This document shows positions 60,023-64,000 of a stretch of DNA of 64,000 nt, in pieces; within the stretch, counting starts at the first letter, position 1, and the number at the start of each line of letters is the position of its first letter. The DNA is taken from the NCBI GenBank assembly GCA_031370785.1, contig JANMQY010000092.1, forward strand, positions 8,115 to 72,114, read 5' to 3'. Source of the stretch: Candidatus Eiseniibacteriota bacterium. Lineage in GTDB: Bacteria > Eisenbacteria > RBG-16-71-46. The notes under the pieces are model-generated. The model searched no databases. It was not told where the DNA came from and saw only the letters and a program-made list of their open reading frames with translations. Position numbers and translations under genes: made by a program.

Positions 60023-61495
60023 ATGTCCCGGCTCTTGGGTGCGCCGCTGCTCCTCGCATTCGCCGTACTGATCGCAGCGCCCGCATCGGCCCAGATCACC
60101 GGGCACCCGATCGAGATCTCGGGAGGCGCAGGAGCGGTTGCGCCCGATGGTCGCGCGCGCATCCAGAGCGGGCCGGCCACCATGGGCAGCCTCGGCTGGC
60201 GATGGATGCCGAACCTTTCGATCGAGGGGCACGCCACGTTCGGGCCGAGTCACCAGGACACCGCGCCCAACCAGCGCCACAATCTGTCGTACGGCGGCGT
60301 CGACCTGCGCTGGAACCTGACGCGCGCCGAGTCGCGCGCCGTGCCGTTCGTCCTGCTCGGCATGGGCTACGGGCTGAGCCACACCACCGGGCATCCGCCG
60401 GACAAGCTCGCTCGCGGCGCGGGCAGCATCGGGCTCGGCCTTCTGCAGACCGTGTTCAATCAGCGCACCTACCTGCGCCTTCAGGTTCGCGACGAGTTCT
60501 TCCGTGAGCGCGAGGCGCTCACGTTCAGCAATCACTGGTACGCGACCGCCGGGCTGCAATGGGTGTTCGGCGGCAAGCCGAAGGATTCCGATCTCGACGG
60601 CGTGCGCGACTGGTTCGACCGGTGCGCGGCGACGCCGATCGGCGCGAAGGTGGACGCGCACGGCTGTCCGGTCGACAGCGACGCCGACAGCGTTTTCGAT
60701 GGGATCGACCAGTGTCCGGACACGCCGCGCGGCTGCACGGTCGACCGGAACGGCTGCCCGCTGGATGCGGATGGCGATGGCGTGTGCGACGGGCTCGACA
60801 CTTGCCCGGACACGCCGAAGGGTGCGTCCGTGGACGCGAGGGGCTGCCCGAAGGACTCGGACGGCGACCGCGTGCTGGACGGCATCGACCAGTGCAACGA
60901 CACGCCGGCGGGCTGCCCGGTAGATTCCGCCGGCTGCTCGAAGGACTCCGATGGCGACGGCGTGTGCGACGGCACCGACGTGTGCCCGAACACACCTTCG
61001 GGCCTGCGCATCGATGCGCATGGCTGCCCGATCGAAGTGAGCGAGAAGGAGACGCAGCTGCTCGACACCGGTCTGATCCGACTCGGCAACGTCCTGTTCG
61101 ACACCAACAAGGCGACGCTCAAGCCGGAATCGTTCGCGGTGCTCGACACGGTCGGCCGGATCCTGCAGCAGTATCCGACGCTCAGGATCGAGATCGGAGG
61201 GCACACCGACAATCGCGGCAGCGCGGAGAAGAACCAGAAGCTGTCGGAGGCGCGCGCGGCCTCGGTGCTGGACTATATGCGCCAGAAGTTCCCGACCCTG
61301 GACCCGGCACAGTTCACCTCGAAGGGCTACGGGCTGACGCGTCCGATCGCACCCAACACCACCGATCTCGGCCGGGCGAAGAACCGCCGCGTCGAATTCC
61401 GGGTGCTCAACACTGAAGCGCTCAAGATCGAGCGCGAGCGGCGCCGCTTCCTGCTCAAGAACGAGAGCGCGCCGAGGGACACGACCACACACTGA
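60023..61495 (+). CDS. OmpA-family outer-membrane protein with thrombospondin type-3 repeats
   Basis: Beta-barrel N-terminus; five DSDxDGVxDxxDxCPxTP repeats; GHTD, LSEARA, NRRVEF. Confidence 0.95.
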   Translation: MSRLLGAPLLLAFAVLIAAPASAQITGHPIEISGGAGAVAPDGRARIQSGPATMGSLGWRWMPNLSIEGHATFGPSHQDTAPNQRHNLSYGGVDLRWNLTRAESRAVPFVLLGMGYGLSHTTGHPPDKLARGAGSIGLGLLQTVFNQRTYLRLQVRDEFFREREALTFSNHWYATAGLQWVFGGKPKDSDLDGVRDWFDRCAATPIGAKVDAHGCPVDSDADSVFDGIDQCPDTPRGCTVDRNGCPLDADGDGVCDGLDTCPDTPKGASVDARGCPKDSDGDRVLDGIDQCNDTPAGCPVDSAGCSKDSDGDGVCDGTDVCPNTPSGLRIDAHGCPIEVSEKETQLLDTGLIRLGNVLFDTNKATLKPESFAVLDTVGRILQQYPTLRIEIGGHTDNRGSAEKNQKLSEARAASVLDYMRQKFPTLDPAQFTSKGYGLTRPIAPNTTDLGRAKNRRVEFRVLNTEALKIERERRRFLLKNESAPRDTTTH

Positions 61496-61577
61496 TCGCG
61501 CCACACGAGGGGGCAACTCCGGCGGGGCGCCCAGCGGCGCCCCGCTCGGGTTTGGACCCGCGCACCGGGAGGACGGG

Positions 61578-61862
61578 ATGGAATGGCGCCGCGATGGCTT
61601 CACGCTCACCACGGAGCGCGCGCGCGTGGATCTGGACGTAGTGCATCGACACCTCGTGGATTCCTACTGGGCGAAGGGCATCCCGTTCGAGGTCGTCCCC
61701 GATGTGCAGGGCCTGCGCCGCTGGTCGCTGCTCACCCGCGACGCGCACTCGCTCTATGCCAGGGTGGGCTTCACGCTGCTCGCGAGGCCCGAGCGCTGGA
61801 TGGAGCGCTGGACGCCGGACGCCTACGCGGGCTCCCAGGCAGAAACGAAATCGGGGCGCTGA
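61578..61862 (+). pseudogene. GNAT acetyltransferase with a large in-frame internal deletion
   Basis: SYWAKGIP joins directly to PDVQGLRRWSLLTRDAHSLY; the acetyl-CoA-binding motif A is absent. Confidence 0.75.
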
Positions 61863-61880
61863 GGGCGCCCCGTTCGTTTT
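61843..61880. terminator. Bidirectional intrinsic terminator
   Basis: AAACGAAAT-CGGGGCGCT-gag-GGCGCCCCG-TTCGTTTT. Confidence 0.6.
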
Positions 61881-61882
61881 GT

Positions 61883-62152
61883 GGATGGCGCGTCCCGGTC
61901 GGCCGCGGACATCCGGTTCTTCGTGTTCGGCGCGAGCGCCTCTCGAGGTCAGGGCCGTGCCCATTGCTTCCTGGTTGGATGGGACGTCCCGGTCGGCCGC
62001 CGACACCCGCTACTCTGGACTGGTGGGTAGCGCGACCCGGTCGGTCGTGGTCACCCGGTGCTCCGCTCGATGCGGGCGCCACTCGAGGCGCCCGCACCGT
62101 TTGCTTCACTGGCTGGGTGGGGCGTCCCGGTCGGACGCCGACACCCAGTACT
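61883..62152. repeat. Four copies of a 32-bp hairpin repeat arranged as a roughly 140-bp tandem duplication
   Basis: Copies at 61883, 61977, 62025 and 62115, all with an invariant CCCGGTCGG core. Confidence 0.75.
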
Positions 62153-62167
62153 TCACGCGATGGCGCC

Positions 62168-63778
62168 TCAGCGCGCCACGACGATGTGTGCGACTCCGGC
62201 TTCTCCCGCCGCGCGAACGCGCAGGAAGTACACGCCCGAGGAGACGCGCGAGGAGCCGGTCCACTGGACTTCATGATCGCCGGCGCTCCGGAATCCACTC
62301 GAGATGCGATCCACCACGCGGCCCTGGATGTCGAGCACGTCGACGGTGACGTCGGAATCCACCGACAGGGTGAACATGACGCGCTGAGCGCTCGCCGGTC
62401 CGGCCAGCGGCCGGATCATCATGTGGCGGCGCTCGCGGCGCTGGCCGGGACCGATGATGGTGATCGTCCCCGTGCCTGCGACGGCGACGCCATCATGGGT
62501 GTGGCCGACCAGGGCGAGCACGTGCACTCCCGGGCCCATCGCGGTGAAAGCCGACCGCGAGAAGCGAATGATCGTGCACCAGCCCTCGTGGATGTTCTTG
62601 TCTTCGTCTCCACCGTTCAGATCAGGCGACAGACCGCCCAGCGTGACCGAGGCCAGGTCCAGCCGCGAGAGACTCCAGGTGCGCGCCGTCAGTCGGGCCT
62701 TGATCCACTGCGCACGGCTCGACTCGAGCAGCGGCGAGGGGCCGAGCTGGATGTTCACGCTCAGTGTCTCCGGTAGCGGCGGCGGAGGAGGCGGCGGTAG
62801 AGGCGGCATGGGCGGAACAGGAGGCGGCGGCGGGGGCGGCGGCGGCGGCGGCGGAGGCAGCGGCGCATCCATCGCATAGGCGACGGCCGTCACGTTGCCC
62901 AGGGCATCGAATCCACCCGCCACGACCAGGCGGGTCGCGAACGCAGTGGCGGCCGAAGCCGCGAGCGGCTGGGGCAGCGAGGCCTCCGAGCGCCAGACAC
63001 CATCGGCGCCCGCGCTGTACACGCGGTCGCTGCGCTGCGCCGAGGCATCGACGCCACCGATCACCCACACCCGTCCATCGAACGCCGAGGCCGCGGCATT
63101 CCACACCGCCTCAGGCAAATCGGGGCCAGCGCTCCACGTGTCCGACACCGGATCGTAGCGCTCGACGGTCGCGAGCGTGGTGCCGGAGGCGGAACCGCCG
63201 ATCACCCACAGCTGCCCGTTCAGCACGGCGCCGGCGCAACCCAGGCGCGGAGTCGGCATGTCGGCGATCGGGCTCCAGGCCGACGAGCCGCCGTCCAGCC
63301 GGAAGCCGCTTGCCACCGACTGACCCATGAAGTCCTGTCCGCCGGCGATGAAGGCAACGCCACCGATCGAACCCGATGCCATCATGGTGCGCGACTCCGG
63401 CAGCGCCGGTGCGAAGCTCCACGCGCCCGAGGTTGCGTCGAACTGCTCGACGGTCGAGACGCCTTCCCCGATGTCATCGATGCCACCAATGGCGAGCAGC
63501 ACGTTGCCCGAGGCGGCAGACCCGGCGAACGCGCGCGCAGAATTGAGTGACGGTCCCGCCATCCATGACGAAGACGCGGCGTCCCACAGGTGCGTGGCCG
63601 CGACGCTTTGCGGGTTCGCTCCGCCCACGACCATCAACTGGTCGTTGAAGAACGTGCCGGAAGCGCCATCGAGGGCGACCGGCAGGTTGGAAAGCGCGAC
63701 CCAGCTGCCCGCGCGGGCAGCTGGCGCGAAGCAGGCAACAGCGAGAGTCAGCAGGACAAGACGACGAGTGACCTTCAT
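62168..63778 (-). CDS. Secreted Kelch-repeat beta-propeller protein with a polyproline linker and FlgD-like CTD
   Basis: Signal peptide; six GG-containing Kelch repeats; poly-Pro; VLDIQGRVV...SGVYFLRV. Confidence 0.9.
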   Translation of the reverse strand: MKVTRRLVLLTLAVACFAPAARAGSWVALSNLPVALDGASGTFFNDQLMVVGGANPQSVAATHLWDAASSSWMAGPSLNSARAFAGSAASGNVLLAIGGIDDIGEGVSTVEQFDATSGAWSFAPALPESRTMMASGSIGGVAFIAGGQDFMGQSVASGFRLDGGSSAWSPIADMPTPRLGCAGAVLNGQLWVIGGSASGTTLATVERYDPVSDTWSAGPDLPEAVWNAAASAFDGRVWVIGGVDASAQRSDRVYSAGADGVWRSEASLPQPLAASAATAFATRLVVAGGFDALGNVTAVAYAMDAPLPPPPPPPPPPPPPVPPMPPLPPPPPPPLPETLSVNIQLGPSPLLESSRAQWIKARLTARTWSLSRLDLASVTLGGLSPDLNGGDEDKNIHEGWCTIIRFSRSAFTAMGPGVHVLALVGHTHDGVAVAGTGTITIIGPGQRRERRHMMIRPLAGPASAQRVMFTLSVDSDVTVDVLDIQGRVVDRISSGFRSAGDHEVQWTGSSRVSSGVYFLRVRAAGEAGVAHIVVAR

Positions 63779-63819
63779 GGCGCGGTCCTCCAGACGGAGT
63801 GATAACCAAACTGGGAAAG

Positions 63820-63836
63820 AGCAAGCCTCGATCCAG
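63820..63836 (-). promoter_or_regulatory. Candidate sigma-54 promoter for the Kelch gene
   Basis: CTGGATCGAGGCTTGCT: GG-N10-GC with TTGCT, about 40 nt upstream of the ATG. Confidence 0.55.
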
Positions 63837-64000
63837 AGGTCACGCCGGCGTGGAGGACGGGCGCCAACCGCTTGCGGCGCAGCCTGCAGCCATCGGGTCC
63901 GGGCGAGAACGCGCAGGGCGCCGCGAGCAGATGGTGCACTAAGAAACGGCGGCGATCGTGCGCGATAGCCGATGTGAAGTGCGTGGCGCAAGGCGACGCG

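Noticed and set aside
60580..61030. Periodic repeat of about 90 bp
   Set aside because: These are coding thrombospondin type-3 repeats of the OmpA protein
1214..61612. Numerous long overlapping Arg/Ala/Pro-rich ORFs (e.g. 1214-3502, 15385-17796, 24693-26759, 47848-50577)
   Set aside because: Shadow frames typical of high-GC DNA, overlapping well-supported genes and lacking motifs
61883..62152. CRISPR array
   Set aside because: Repeats are degenerate, spacers are irregular (about 62/16/58 bp) and homologous to each other, and there are no cas genes
62770..62865. GGC-rich DNA tandem repeat
   Set aside because: It encodes the polyproline linker of the Kelch protein

Overview
High-GC bacterial chromosomal window, almost entirely coding (about 53 genes), with no mobile element, CRISPR array or rRNA seen. 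The futalosine menaquinone genes, the secreted proteins ending in a FlgD/T9SS-like C-terminal domain, and the OmpA-TSP3 and FadL/GDSL genes suggest an FCB-superphylum organism such as Ca. Eisenbacteria (inference). Recognisable genes: recQ, mqnA/mqnC/mqnD, glgB, hflX, trxA, nnr, an mrfAB-like helicase/exonuclease pair, a fatty-acid uptake and beta-oxidation cluster, tRNA(CAU)-tilS-hpt-ftsH, folP-cdaA, and four GT-C-like membrane proteins. Most notable observations: (1) a candidate ECF-sigma-driven, five-hairpin small RNA downstream of ftsH; (2) a double Zn-ribbon/RGG/cold-shock-domain protein whose leader contains a terminator; (3) a periplasmic RMDN-like TPR protein inside the lipase-FadL-FadD/FadA-FadB locus; (4) exported proteins rich in Bacteroidetes-type D-S/T O-glycosylation sequons alongside GT-C candidates; (5) a tandem pair of uncharacterised exported CxxCP paralogues; (6) an array of covarying hairpin repeats; (7) several genes with internal deletions. 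All calls come from reading motifs by eye; no database searches were run.
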